DNA of 64,000 bases from Nitrososphaeria archaeon (GCA_050011875.1 JBEKIG010000005.1:32001-96000), one strand, 5' to 3'; shown: positions 1 through 10,392, counted from the stretch's first letter. Notes: generated from the letters alone by a model not told the origin. A program made the numbers and translations.

Positions 1-933
1 TTAGTAGTTTGCCACAACTGTAGTGACAGAACTTACGAAGTCGTAAGTCAGATAAAAGACGAACGGATTAAGCCTTTAGAGTTGAAAGATGCTCCTTTGG
101 GAAAGAGTGTGGCTCTAAATTACGGAGCTAAATGTGCTACAGGTGAGGTGGTTGTGGTTTTTGATGCGGATAATAACATACCAGAGGATTTTCTAGAAAA
201 GTTGACATATTATTTTCCGGATTATGATGCTGTACAGACAAAAATAGAAACGAAAAATCCTAAATTTAATCTTTTGACGAGACTTCAGGACTTAGAGTTC
301 TTCGTGTTCACAGATATCTTTCAAAAATCTAGACAAGCATTAGGTTTAAATGCCTTACTTGGAGGGACTGGCGAAGCTGTGAAAAGAGAAGTTCTTGAAA
401 AAGTGGGTTACTATGATGAATGGGCTTTCAGTGAAGATTTCGCACTTTGCACAAAACTAACAGTTAATCACTATAAAATCGGGTGGTGTACAGATACTTA
501 CGTACTTGATGAAAAGACTCCTTGGTGGTCTGACTTTTTCAGACAGAGAGCACGGTGGACTAAAGGGCATTTTCAGCTAATTACTCGTTACTTGAAATAC
601 TATTGGAACAGACCCTTAGATTTTCATTACCTCATAGCTCCAATTGCTGTTACATCGTCTTATCTTACTTTCTTTCTATGGATATGTTTCTTCTTGAAAC
701 TGCCTATTGTAGCGTCTATGTTGCCTCTTCTGGTGTGGACGTCTCCTTGGGTAATATGGAACTTGACTATAGCTATAAGAATTTATAGAAAAAGAGGTTT
801 AAAATCTTTAATGCTTTATCCGTTGCTATTTCTCTACTATTATCACTGGCTAGCAGTATTAGGATATCTTTGGAAAATTAAAACGTGGCCGAAGACTACA
901 CATGGCTTCGAAAGCGAGGTAACGAAAATATGA
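1..933 (+). CDS. GT2 glycosyltransferase (cellulose/PNAG synthase-like), 5' end outside window
   Basis: Frame is open from position 1 (LVVCHNCSDRT). Motifs GKSVALN, FDAD, SED and QRARW, then C-terminal TM helices. Confidence 0.9.
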   Translation, partial: LVVCHNCSDRTYEVVSQIKDERIKPLELKDAPLGKSVALNYGAKCATGEVVVVFDADNNIPEDFLEKLTYYFPDYDAVQTKIETKNPKFNLLTRLQDLEFFVFTDIFQKSRQALGLNALLGGTGEAVKREVLEKVGYYDEWAFSEDFALCTKLTVNHYKIGWCTDTYVLDEKTPWWSDFFRQRARWTKGHFQLITRYLKYYWNRPLDFHYLIAPIAVTSSYLTFFLWICFFLKLPIVASMLPLLVWTSPWVIWNLTIAIRIYRKRGLKSLMLYPLLFLYYYHWLAVLGYLWKIKTWPKTTHGFESEVTKI

Positions 934-1742
934 AAAGAAAGTATATTTTAATTATAGCTTTAGCCACAATTATTTTCTTTTCAGAATATGCCATAATGGC
1001 ATCGTGGTTAGCTTCGATAACTTATAGTAGTGAGATTCAAGATGTTAATAATTTATATGACATAAGGTTCACTAATATACAATACTATAACGATTCTCTT
1101 TCGGACTCTAATGGTAACAGGGCATTTACTTGGGGAATAGAAGTTTGGAGTGGGTCTCCGAGTTCATATTTTACTCCTGGACAAGTTAACTTAACAGGGC
1201 ATTCCCTTAACGATGCTCTTGTACTAGCTATTCCTGACCCTATTGATAAACCCATAGTTACAGCTGGAGTTAGTTATACTCAAGCATTCGAAATAAAATT
1301 AGACAATGTTCAAGGACATGGCGTTAGATTAATTTATCAGTCATTCAACTCCTCTAATGCATATATTTGGCCCACACAAATCGTCTACGGAAAATGGGAG
1401 ACTGGCACTTCAGGCTGGCATACTATATACTTAACAGCTACTCCTATTAACGGAAGTGTGAGAGGAGATGTAATTTGCGAATTGTGGGGAACTGGAACAG
1501 TATATATCCGAAATCCAGAATTTCATATTACTACTATAGTTGATACACTTAATCAAATATCGATTCAAATATCGATTAATAGTATAACTCCGTGGATAGT
1601 TGCAGGTTTAGTAATAGTAATACTAAGTATGGCAATGATTTCGATATTATCACTTATAGTTGTACCTCTTCGTAGAAAGGAAAATGAATTATTAAGGCGT
1701 TTAAAACATCAGAAGATTACTGAATCAGGCGAAAATAGATGA
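930..1742 (+). CDS. Hypothetical membrane-anchored extracellular protein
   Basis: ATG at 930 overlaps the upstream stop (ATGA). N-terminal signal/TM, beta-rich body, C-terminal TM with basic tail. Confidence 0.75.
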   Translation: MKRKYILIIALATIIFFSEYAIMASWLASITYSSEIQDVNNLYDIRFTNIQYYNDSLSDSNGNRAFTWGIEVWSGSPSSYFTPGQVNLTGHSLNDALVLAIPDPIDKPIVTAGVSYTQAFEIKLDNVQGHGVRLIYQSFNSSNAYIWPTQIVYGKWETGTSGWHTIYLTATPINGSVRGDVICELWGTGTVYIRNPEFHITTIVDTLNQISIQISINSITPWIVAGLVIVILSMAMISILSLIVVPLRRKENELLRRLKHQKITESGENR

Positions 1743-2716
1743 AATCTAAGGAAATGACTTTTGCCATAGGTTTAGTTTTAGTTATGGCTATTATTACAGC
1801 TTCTAATAATTTTGTTTTTGCATTACAATCTAATCATACTACAATTTTAATCACTAATAATAGTGCATTTACATCTGTTAGCGGTGTCACTAGCGGTTCT
1901 GGAACTGCACTAAACCCGTACATTATCGAGAACCTATCGATAGACGCATCAGGAGCAAACGGGATTCAAATTCAAAACACGACTGTCTACTTCATAATCC
2001 GTAACTGTTTAGTCGAGAATGAAGGAACTAATTTTTACGGAATTTACTTAGATAACACAACTAACGGAGAAATTATGAATAACGTTTGCAATAACAATCA
2101 TATCGGCATCATCTTATCTAACTCATCATATGAAAATTTAACTAATAATGTTTGTAAGAACAACTATCTCGGAATCTATCTGGAGTCTTCATCCTACAAT
2201 AACTTGTCTAGTGATATTTGTGTCAGTAACAGTTATGGTATTAGCTTAGAAGATAACGTATCAAATAACAACATTATATATCATAATACTTGCTTGAACA
2301 ACGATGTTGATGGAATCTTTCTGAACTCGCCATCTTACAACAATTTAATCAATAACACTTGTAAGTATAATAAAAATGGTATCTATTTACTATCATCGTT
2401 ACACAATAATATGACTGCTAATATTTGTTCGTATAACTACTTATACGGTATTAAACTGGATAACTCTTCTTACAATACTTTATTTAAAAATACTTGCAAT
2501 AACAACCTTTATGAAAATAATATCCAACTAGACCAGTTTTCTATTGATAATGTTTTGTCTAACAACAATACAACTATGCCTCAAACAATCGTTTCGACAC
2601 CTACTCCAATCGCATTCAATCTCATCTTCACAAGTCTTGTTTTCTTACCATCGTTAGTCCTAATCGTACTGGTTTCCAATAAATTGTCGAAACGTAATAA
2701 AAAGGAGAATCAATGA
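1739..2716 (+). CDS. NosD/CASH-type parallel beta-helix repeat surface protein
   Basis: Signal peptide, GSGT..NPYIIEN motif, repeated GIxLxxSSxNNLxNNxC units, C-terminal TM. Confidence 0.85.
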   Translation: MKSKEMTFAIGLVLVMAIITASNNFVFALQSNHTTILITNNSAFTSVSGVTSGSGTALNPYIIENLSIDASGANGIQIQNTTVYFIIRNCLVENEGTNFYGIYLDNTTNGEIMNNVCNNNHIGIILSNSSYENLTNNVCKNNYLGIYLESSSYNNLSSDICVSNSYGISLEDNVSNNNIIYHNTCLNNDVDGIFLNSPSYNNLINNTCKYNKNGIYLLSSLHNNMTANICSYNYLYGIKLDNSSYNTLFKNTCNNNLYENNIQLDQFSIDNVLSNNNTTMPQTIVSTPTPIAFNLIFTSLVFLPSLVLIVLVSNKLSKRNKKENQ

Positions 2717-2717
2717 T

Positions 2718-3818
2718 ATGATATCAATTATTTTAGGAACTCGTCCAGAGATTGTTAAGTTCTCTTCAATCATTCGAGAATGTGAACGTCTGAACCTAGA
2801 TTATTTCATACTCCACACTGGTCAACACTATTCTTACGATATGGATAAAGTCTTCTTTGAACAATTGGAACTTCCAGAACCTAAATACAATCTAGGTACT
2901 GGTTCAGGAACTCATGCAGAACAGACTGGAAAGATGATGATTGAAATAGAAAAGGTTCTGAAGAGAGAATCTCCAAACATCGTCTTGGTGCTAGGGGATA
3001 CTAATACGGCTTTGGCTGGAGCTTTAGTTGCCACAAAACTTGGTATAAAAGTTGGGCATATAGAAGCTGGACTGAGAAGTTATGATCGTACTATGCCAGA
3101 GGAAATTAACAGGATATTAGTTGACCACTGCTCGGATTACTTATTCACTCCAACTGAAAAGGCTAGTAATATATTGCTTAACGAAGGTATCCCAAAAGAT
3201 AAAATCTTCATGACTGGAAACACGATTGTAGATGCGGTTTACCAGAATCTTGGATTAGCAGAGAAGAAAGCTGAAGTCCTCAACAAACTGAACTTATCAA
3301 AACACAGTTACTTCTTAGCTACTATTCACAGACAAGAAAATGTTGACAACAAGTCTAGGTTCGAGAACATATTAAAAGGTCTCGATAGAGTTAGTGAACG
3401 TTTCGATATACCAATTTTCTATGCTATCCATCCAAGAGCTAAGAAACAAATGGAAGTGTTCGGTCTTAAATCAGATAAAATAAACTTTATCGAGCCACTG
3501 GATTACTTGAACTTTCTTTATATGGAGAGTAAAGCTAAACTAGTGTTGACCGACTCTGGAGGAGTCCAAGAAGAGACTTGCATATTAAATGTTCCATGCG
3601 TAACTTTGAGGAATAATACTGAGAGACCTGAAACTTTAGAAGTTGAATCTAGTATCCTATCTGGAACTAATCCTAAAGACATAGTTAATAAAGTAGAGTT
3701 TATGCTGAAGAAAGATATTAAGTGGAAAAATCCCTTCGGTGATGGGAATGCTGGAGCAAAGATAATTAAAATTTTATTGTTAAATAAGTTTATTGTTATT
3801 AAAAAGATTGCGGATTGA
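2718..3818 (+). CDS. wecB: UDP-N-acetylglucosamine 2-epimerase (non-hydrolysing)
   Basis: GTRPE, HTGQH, GDTNT, HIEAGLRS, PEEINR, TDSGGVQEE, TERPE and NPFGDG motifs. Confidence 0.95.
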   Translation: MISIILGTRPEIVKFSSIIRECERLNLDYFILHTGQHYSYDMDKVFFEQLELPEPKYNLGTGSGTHAEQTGKMMIEIEKVLKRESPNIVLVLGDTNTALAGALVATKLGIKVGHIEAGLRSYDRTMPEEINRILVDHCSDYLFTPTEKASNILLNEGIPKDKIFMTGNTIVDAVYQNLGLAEKKAEVLNKLNLSKHSYFLATIHRQENVDNKSRFENILKGLDRVSERFDIPIFYAIHPRAKKQMEVFGLKSDKINFIEPLDYLNFLYMESKAKLVLTDSGGVQEETCILNVPCVTLRNNTERPETLEVESSILSGTNPKDIVNKVEFMLKKDIKWKNPFGDGNAGAKIIKILLLNKFIVIKKIAD

Positions 3819-4119
3819 CAAGGTAAATTGAATGATAGGGAGAATTATTAAAGTGACCAATACAGGTGCTACAGTTTTCTTATATCCAGATGGAGAAGGT
3901 GCAGGTAACATACGGTAGAAAACTTCGTCAAACAATACTATCTTGTTGCCAGACGCGTCAATGTTGGTACTATTAATATGTCACAAATCTCAGATAGATT
4001 TTCACTCCCTTGCTATACAATGCAGAACACTACGACTTTTTCAGATTTTTAGCAAATCGTGAACCAAGCTAACAATTCAACAGTCGTCATAATATACTAT
4101 CATAAAATTGATAAGAATC

Positions 4120-4265
4120 AACATGGTGCTGGATACGCAAATGTCGTTAATGAAGATGAAGATTCAGTAGTTGAAGGTATAGTCTATGAGATAGATGAAA
4201 ATGACCTCCATGAGCTTATAGATTGCGCTCAGAAACTCCAACTAAAAAGACTGAGAACCAGATAA
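4120..4265 (+). pseudogene. Fragment of gamma-glutamylcyclotransferase (AIG2-like) gene
   Basis: GYANVV..VEGIVYEI..DL..L matches the middle of the family. The N-terminal YFAYGS motif is absent. Confidence 0.5.
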
Positions 4266-4590
4266 AATAAGTATTAGCTAAATTCATGAACGATTCTGTT
4301 GCCAATCAACTTCATAACCTTCTCAATAGAGCAAGTGTTTTATACTTAGATGGATTCAAATCTATTCCTAGTTAAAAAAGTAAGGTCTGACCGTTTCAAT
4401 TAACTCTTTCGCACGGTCAGAAAACTAGGCGTTTGACATAATCCTTTTATCGGGCCTGGGCGCCACCTCTTTCCGTTTATATCCCTTCCTCCGCTTTTTA
4501 AGCCCTCAAGCTACTTCACTGGCAGGCAATACCTTTATCCGAATCGCAAATATTTTACTGGATACTTTTTACCCAATTAATTAGAATGAA

Positions 4591-5412
4591 TCATATTAAG
4601 CTTAGCACCTTGTTTCTTTTCTTAATTAACAGAAATCCCAGCGTAACTAAAAGTATTATTAGAAGCACTATGACAGCGCTGTACTGAGACAGCAAAACTA
4701 TAATCAAGGATAGTTTGTCAATAGGCAATATTTCTCCACCAACTTGGTTTGAAGGATCCACTGCAAAAGACACTTGATAGTTCTGTGTGGTTGAGGTAGT
4801 TGTTGTAGGAGTAGTAGTTGTTGTCGACGTTGTAGTAGTTGTTGAAGTTTGAGTTATTGTTGAGGTAGTTGTCGAAGTTGTTGACCAATATATTGCCCAA
4901 GTATCAGGCATGGAATTTAATTTATTCCAAATAGAGAGAGTTTCATTATTAACATAGGAGTAATTTCCAGTAAGGACGTTGTTTACGTAAACCTTTTGTG
5001 GATTTCCTTGATTTCCGCACTATACTTTAATAAGATAGCTACTTCCGCTTGATCCGGTTACATTAAATTCTGCTACGTTAAATCCGGATATGCTATATAA
5101 TGAAATGATAACTAAATTATTAGCCGTCTCCCACCCTATATTAGGCGAATACGCATTACCGGTTGAAAGGGTCCAAAAATCTATCGCATCACTATCACCG
5201 TACGTTAAATTGTCGAAGTAAATAGTGGGGACGGAAAAATGAACTTGAGCACCGTTACCTAATTGAAAATAATAAGTTGAAGTATCTAAACTATAAAGAT
5301 AACTTGAATCAGCATAAACCAAAGAAAAAGGAATTGATAATAAAAAAACAGATGAGAGTAATAGTGCAATTATAATATTTCTTTTTTTTGGGTTAAGATA
5401 GCAAATTTGCAT
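4591..5412 (-). pseudogene. Surface glycoprotein interrupted by one in-frame TAG (5020-5022)
   Basis: ORFs 5020-5412 and 4591-4911 are in the same frame and the spacer is open (IKV*CGNQGNPQKVYVN...). The joined product has a signal peptide, Thr-rich linker, VGG motif, TM and basic tail. Confidence 0.8.
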
Positions 5413-5539
5413 TTTATTACCTCATATCAACCGCTAACCTGATAAACAGAAACTGCTGGTGCAGCGGTGAAAGCTTCGAAATTTATGTGCATTCCTTGAC
5501 TAGACCTAAATGCTGAAAGTGATGTAAGACCTGATGCTA

Positions 5540-5846
5540 GTTGATAACATTACCAGACGTTGGAGGCAAGATCACTCGTTTTAACCCGAGCCGAAGCGAG
5601 AACAGTGTTACCTAGGTTGCAGCAGACATCGATGTACACGACGTCACTGGAACTTATATTGGATGAAACCTTGAGTTTGAAGAATGCCGTATACTGTCTA
5701 CCCAACATGCTTCCACCCCCCTGCTCAGTACTGATGTGCGGTCCATACAGCATCGCACCATTCGCAGAAGAAGGATCGCTTACCTTCACCCACGAGCTGC
5801 CTGACTGAGGTTTATTTGACGCAGCCTCAGAGTACACGGTCGTCAT
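5540..5846 (-). pseudogene. Decayed C-terminal beta-sandwich domain of the 5847-7982 gene
   Basis: Near-identical to the C-terminus of 28937-31165, but separated by TAG (TCG in the paralog). It also has a 12-codon deletion and a TAA in place of CAG. Confidence 0.85.
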
Positions 5847-7982
5847 CTAAGACGGACCTACTGCCACGATAGTATAGGTGTCACCATCGCCAGGGTTGTT
5901 CACGAACCCGTCACCGTTCGTGTCATTCCATTTGACGATGACCCAGCTGTACGGGTAGGAGGCTAAGTTGGGGTATATCATGGTGTTAAAGTACTTACCC
6001 GCAGCATACGTGCCCTTCCAGCCAAAGCCATAACATAGCATCACAGGCCTGTTGCTAGCATCTTTGTAAACCTCTATGACGAACATGTCCTGTCCTTGGT
6101 TTATGATTGAAGAAGGTAAGCTGGCTCCTGGTATTGTTGATCCGTTCCAAAGTTGGAAGCTGTCAGTTTGTGATACAGAGTCGTAGTGGAATCTGATTGG
6201 GGCTCTATCCTGCAGGGGTGTCGAATCGATCTCAGCATATTTCACCACAGGGTTCACGTATTGGCCGCCGAAGCTGATGATTCCAGTACCTGAATTGCCG
6301 ATCGCTCTACCTGTGCTCTGGTTCACGAACATACTTTCCGTATCCAAACCTTCAGTATAATTACCAAGCTTCGTCGAAATAGCCATCGAAGCCAGCCAGT
6401 CGCTCACGGAAGCAGCCCCACAACCTAGAGGCTTCGTTGTACTGTTCGAAGGATAAATCATGCTTACATTGCTTTCAGCGAACATCGAATCGAAGTCAGA
6501 AATAGTCATCTTAGTAGTTGTTGAAGTGGTTGTAGTTGTTGTACTCGTCCAAGAAGCGACTTCAGTTATAGGATTATTCATGGTAGCTGACTCAGATATT
6601 GCCAAACCAGTGTAACTTTCAGTTCCTGAGCCAGCCCAAGAAGTGAAAGTGTATCCTGATGATGGGGTTGTTACATTAAATGAAGCAGATGTTCCTGAAT
6701 TATACCACCCCTGCCCAGTTGGAGAACCATGAGCTGAAGATACTGTTAGATAATATTGAGTTGTGGAAGCAAACTGAATAGTATGAGCTACATTCATAGT
6801 TATACTAGGTGTCATAAGATTTCCAGAAGTCTGTAACGTAGGATTCTGATTGTTGGTTGGTGCTTCAGAAGGAGTATTAGTTATGGTCATGTTAGCCCAA
6901 TACGTTAATGAAGATTCATCATACATTACTACTGCTCCAGATGCTAACTGAGGAGACATGGTTGTATCTACGTAGTTTATTACTTCTGTTCCGTTCAGCC
7001 AAAATTGTATATGGTTTCCGACAGCGCTAATCTGATAATCTGTCCAGTCGCCTAATGTAAACGTCGGCCCTGAACTGGTAGTATAACAATAAAGCTGAGT
7101 TAGGTTCCCTTGATATTTCCCTAATTCTAAATCATTATTTGCAAACAGAACGTAATAGAAATTCTCGCTGTTAGTATATCTGAAGAATACCCAAGCTACT
7201 TCCCATGGGTTCGGAGCACTATTTTGACGTAGCTGTGAAGCAGTGTTTACTTCTACGTTGGCTGTAAAGTTTGCATAATTCAGAGTAGTAGCTACTAAAC
7301 CTGCATGTCCTACAGAAGGGCTGGTTGGTGCTTGTGGTTCTATGAAGAAAACATTTTTACCATTTACAGTTGTAACTCCTGTCTCTCCATAGCCAGCATA
7401 CTGACAAGTCCACAATCCATTAGAAGATGTTTGACCGTCAACTATATTATAGGTTGCACCGGCAAAATTGTCGATTAAGTTCTGGCTAGTGCCATCTAGT
7501 TCATAATTTGTTATAGCTGTTCTCGATTGTCCCGCAACAGTATTCCAAACCCAGTTAGAAGAAGCATTTGCAGTAGCTCCTGCATTATACCAGCCTTGAC
7601 CAGATTCGCTGTTTCCTCCAGTCACAGTTAAGTAATATTGAAGCTGATAATTAGCTGTAACAGTAGCATTACTACTTGGAACTGTATAAGTTTGAGTTTG
7701 AGAGCCATCGTTACTCCAACTAGTGTAGACGTACTGCTCTTGGTTGACTACAACTGTATTTGATTTCGCATATAGTGCATGTGTACTGCCAATAGTCCAA
7801 GAGAAAGTGTTTGGCGTAGTTATAAGATTACCATCTACATATATTAGCCCACTTCCTACTGGGCTGTCAGTTATCGTTATAGAAACGAGAGATGTGGCAT
7901 GAACTCTTATTGACACCGTTGCGAAAAGAGCCACTGCAAAAAGAACTACTAATAAAGAAATGAATCTGGGTTTACCCTTCAC
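5847..7982 (-). CDS. Secreted modular surface protein: InlB-B-like repeats, lectin/DUF1080-like domain, S-layer-like domain
   Basis: Signal peptide, QYYLTV..G.GWY repeats, WEVAWVFFRY beta-sandwich, Thr linker, then a ~215-aa domain shared with 28937-31165. Confidence 0.85.
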   Translation of the reverse strand: MKGKPRFISLLVVLFAVALFATVSIRVHATSLVSITITDSPVGSGLIYVDGNLITTPNTFSWTIGSTHALYAKSNTVVVNQEQYVYTSWSNDGSQTQTYTVPSSNATVTANYQLQYYLTVTGGNSESGQGWYNAGATANASSNWVWNTVAGQSRTAITNYELDGTSQNLIDNFAGATYNIVDGQTSSNGLWTCQYAGYGETGVTTVNGKNVFFIEPQAPTSPSVGHAGLVATTLNYANFTANVEVNTASQLRQNSAPNPWEVAWVFFRYTNSENFYYVLFANNDLELGKYQGNLTQLYCYTTSSGPTFTLGDWTDYQISAVGNHIQFWLNGTEVINYVDTTMSPQLASGAVVMYDESSLTYWANMTITNTPSEAPTNNQNPTLQTSGNLMTPSITMNVAHTIQFASTTQYYLTVSSAHGSPTGQGWYNSGTSASFNVTTPSSGYTFTSWAGSGTESYTGLAISESATMNNPITEVASWTSTTTTTTSTTTKMTISDFDSMFAESNVSMIYPSNSTTKPLGCGAASVSDWLASMAISTKLGNYTEGLDTESMFVNQSTGRAIGNSGTGIISFGGQYVNPVVKYAEIDSTPLQDRAPIRFHYDSVSQTDSFQLWNGSTIPGASLPSSIINQGQDMFVIEVYKDASNRPVMLCYGFGWKGTYAAGKYFNTMIYPNLASYPYSWVIVKWNDTNGDGFVNNPGDGDTYTIVAVGPS

Positions 7983-8374
7983 TATTATCGAAATGGGATT
8001 AACTTAAAGCAGTTAATAAAGCTTATCATGTTTATATAATAGAATTAATTTACTATGTTACTCATAGCACGTTTAAAATACACCGTTTTATTCATAAAAA
8101 TCACGACCTTCTTTCTTTTTCATTCCCAAATAGTTTTTTATCTCTACCGTCAACGTCTTCAAAGTCAATATCTTGGTCTAATACGTTCCCATCATCGGGC
8201 CCATCGTTAACCATATGAAAACCTGCAAATTGGTCTGGTGACATCTGCTGTGATAACTCATCCACAACCTTTTGAAGCGTCAATATACTTTTAGATAATT
8301 AAATACATATTGCGAGTTTAAGAGAGACTTTTTAATATTATGCAGTTTATTATATATAATTGTCGAGTGAAAGT

Positions 8375-8725
8375 TTACCTGTGGCTATGTCGTTCCGCTC
8401 CCTTTTTGCCTCGGTTGATCACTAGGATGCTGGTGAAGCACACCACCAACGCTGTGAAAACAATTATCGGCAGAAGTGTGACGTTAACGCTACTCACTTT
8501 AGGTGGTGTAGACGTTGAGGTTGTAGATGCTATTGTAAGCGGGGGAACATAGACACCTCCACCAGACGGAGCTGAAGAAGTTGAAGTTGTTGTGGCTGTA
8601 GTCGTTGAGGTAGTTGTTGTCGGAACAGTTGTAGTCGTGGTTGAAGTAGTTGTGGATGAAGGGGTTGGAGTTGAGCTGTAAACGTAGGGCAGAACCATCT
8701 TGTCGAGTTTTGGCGTCTCCATCAT
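8375..8725 (-). pseudogene. C-terminal remnant of a surface protein (Thr/Ser linker + TM anchor)
   Basis: No signal peptide, and upstream frames contain stops. T/S-rich stalk, hydrophobic helix, basic tail. Confidence 0.65.
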
Positions 8726-8829
8726 CCGTGGAGTTGCGTCTCTGGGGGTATCAACGTATGAGGATTTCTACGAATCATGACCAGAAATGTTTGCTCAAGT
8801 CTCTTTCTGATGCCCTGCACTCTTCTTCA

Positions 8830-9339
8830 TACCTATTCGGAAGCTTAAGCGTGTGGAATCTAATAATCAGCCAAGGAAGGACAGAGGTCTACATGAAACT
8901 AAATCTTATATCTGTAGCATTAGGTCTTCCCCTAGGCTTAGTATTGATTCCTAGGCTTGGAATAATCGGCTTAGTCGTAACAGCGCTCATAGACGGAATA
9001 CCAAGCCTGATCGCGATGCTCTGGTACGTTGGAAGGCATTATGCAGCAACAGTAGACTGGGTGTCTTCAACAAAAATACTTTCAGCCTCCACAATCTCCG
9101 CCCTAGCCGCATACCTCATCTTATCCCAGCTGTCTCTTCCAAGCTGGATGGAACTTATCATCGGAGCCACAGTCTTTCTAACAGCATACATAACAGTAGC
9201 CTCACTCATAGGAGCAGTAAACAGGACAGACATCGAAAACATAAAAGAGATGCTGAAAGAACTTGGCCCATTATCAAAGTTGCTCAGCCCACCATTAAAC
9301 CTCATCGAAAAACGGATGCTGAAAATCCATAAGACTTGA
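8830..9339 (+). pseudogene. 3' fragment of oligosaccharide flippase (Wzx/MOP family)
   Basis: QGRT..MKLNL..LIPRLGIIG..STKIL pattern of a flippase C-terminus. Only about 170 aa present, with no proper N-terminus. Confidence 0.75.
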
Positions 9340-9480
9340 CACAAAGCGCGCACGCAGCCCCACAAAGCACAGAAACTAAGCTTCTTTATTATGGCGTTGG
9401 TTATGGCAAATCAAAGGGCACCTTCATTATCCCCATTTCTGACATTTTCACCCCAACCCCTTAAAGACCGTTAAAGAACT

Positions 9481-9990
9481 CGTAACTCGTAAATTTACGC
9501 GCACATATCAGTTTAACTGGGAAAAGAGGGAAACAAGCGTAAAATAAAGGTAAGTGCCTTAAACTGCTTCATGCAATTACGGAAAGCTTGGCGTAATTTA
9601 CGCCATTTACGACACTTTACGACAGCGTAAAAAGTTTACGTGTTTTACGTAATTACGGCATTTTACGCAGCGTAAAAAAAAGTTTTACGACATTTTACGA
9701 TCTTTACGACGATTTTACGGGGCGTAAAATATGGGTTTACGATGTTCTATGTGCGCGTAAAAGTCATTTTACGGCGACGTAAAAAAAAGTTTACGATGAT
9801 TTTACGACATTTTACGGCGACGTAAAAAAAAGTTTACGATGATTTTACGAGGTCGTAAAGGCTCTTACGGGAATTTACGGGACGTAAAAGACTGGGTTAC
9901 GGTATTTTGTATGCTCGTAAAAATCATTTTACGGGCCAGTTTACGGGAAATTTTATGGTCGATAAAAAAAGTTTATAGGATTTTATGGGA
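9481..9990. repeat. Phased array of TTTACG/CGTAAA hexamers
   Basis: Hand count: about 25 TTACG and 14 CGTAA, mostly 9-12 bp apart. Perfect 43-bp tandem at 9765-9850 and a ~160-bp higher-order repeat (9714 vs 9874). Confidence 0.95.
9511..9573 (+). repeat. ~63-bp cassette, copy 1
   Basis: 47/63 identical to 10176-10237 by hand alignment. Confidence 0.85.
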
Positions 9991-10175
9991 CTATAGGCTT
10001 TAGGTTATAAAGGCTCTGATTTAACTAAACCTATTAGATGAGCCTTACTTTTTTTTGATTATTTATCTTAAACTTATAATCTTCTGAACTGCTCCCTAGT
10101 CGAGCCTCTATATCTTTTTGTTTATCCCGACAAGTTGACAGAATCCTATAAACTATAAAATAAAGGCGCTTAAGA

Positions 10176-10237
10176 GTTTAGCTGGGAACAGAGGGTAAAT
10201 AGGGGAAAATATAGGAAACTGTTAAGAACGCTTCATG
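10176..10237 (+). repeat. ~63-bp cassette, copy 2
   Basis: GTTTAGCTGGGAACAGAGGG...GCTTCATG, a direct repeat of 9511-9573. Confidence 0.85.
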
Positions 10238-10280
10238 GGGTTAAGCACTTTAATAAGGGAATAAAAAAGGTATGCACATG

Positions 10281-10392
10281 TCATCATCAGTCATCATCAA
10301 CGGTCATCATCAGCCATCAACACCCGTCATCAGCCATCATCAGCCATCATCAGCCATCATCAGCCATCATCAGCGTTCATCGTTCGTCATCA
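10281..10392 (+). repeat. 10-bp CAGCCATCAT tandem array
   Basis: Four perfect units at 10331-10370 plus degenerate flanking units. Confidence 0.95.

Noticed and set aside
4387-4455. Hairpin and dif-like site (CATAA-n-TTAT)
   Set aside because: The spacer is 5 bp rather than 6 and the arms are weak. The hairpin has no assignable function.
5020-5849. Genome-wide TAG recoding (pyrrolysine) suggested by two in-frame TAGs
   Set aside because: Many conserved genes here end properly at TAG (nuoA, nuoI, nuoM, glnK, gyaR), and the domain after 5847 has further lesions.
5540-6506. Diversity-generating retroelement TR/VR pair with 30053-31056
   Set aside because: The repeat is ~1 kb, the differences are largely synonymous and not adenine-specific, and no reverse transcriptase is present.
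8101-8283. 60-aa acidic ORF
   Set aside because: No recognisable family, so it cannot be distinguished from a remnant or a chance ORF.
9481-10392. CRISPR array
   Set aside because: Units are 6-10 bp with no constant 24-47 bp repeat and no unique spacers, and there are no cas genes.
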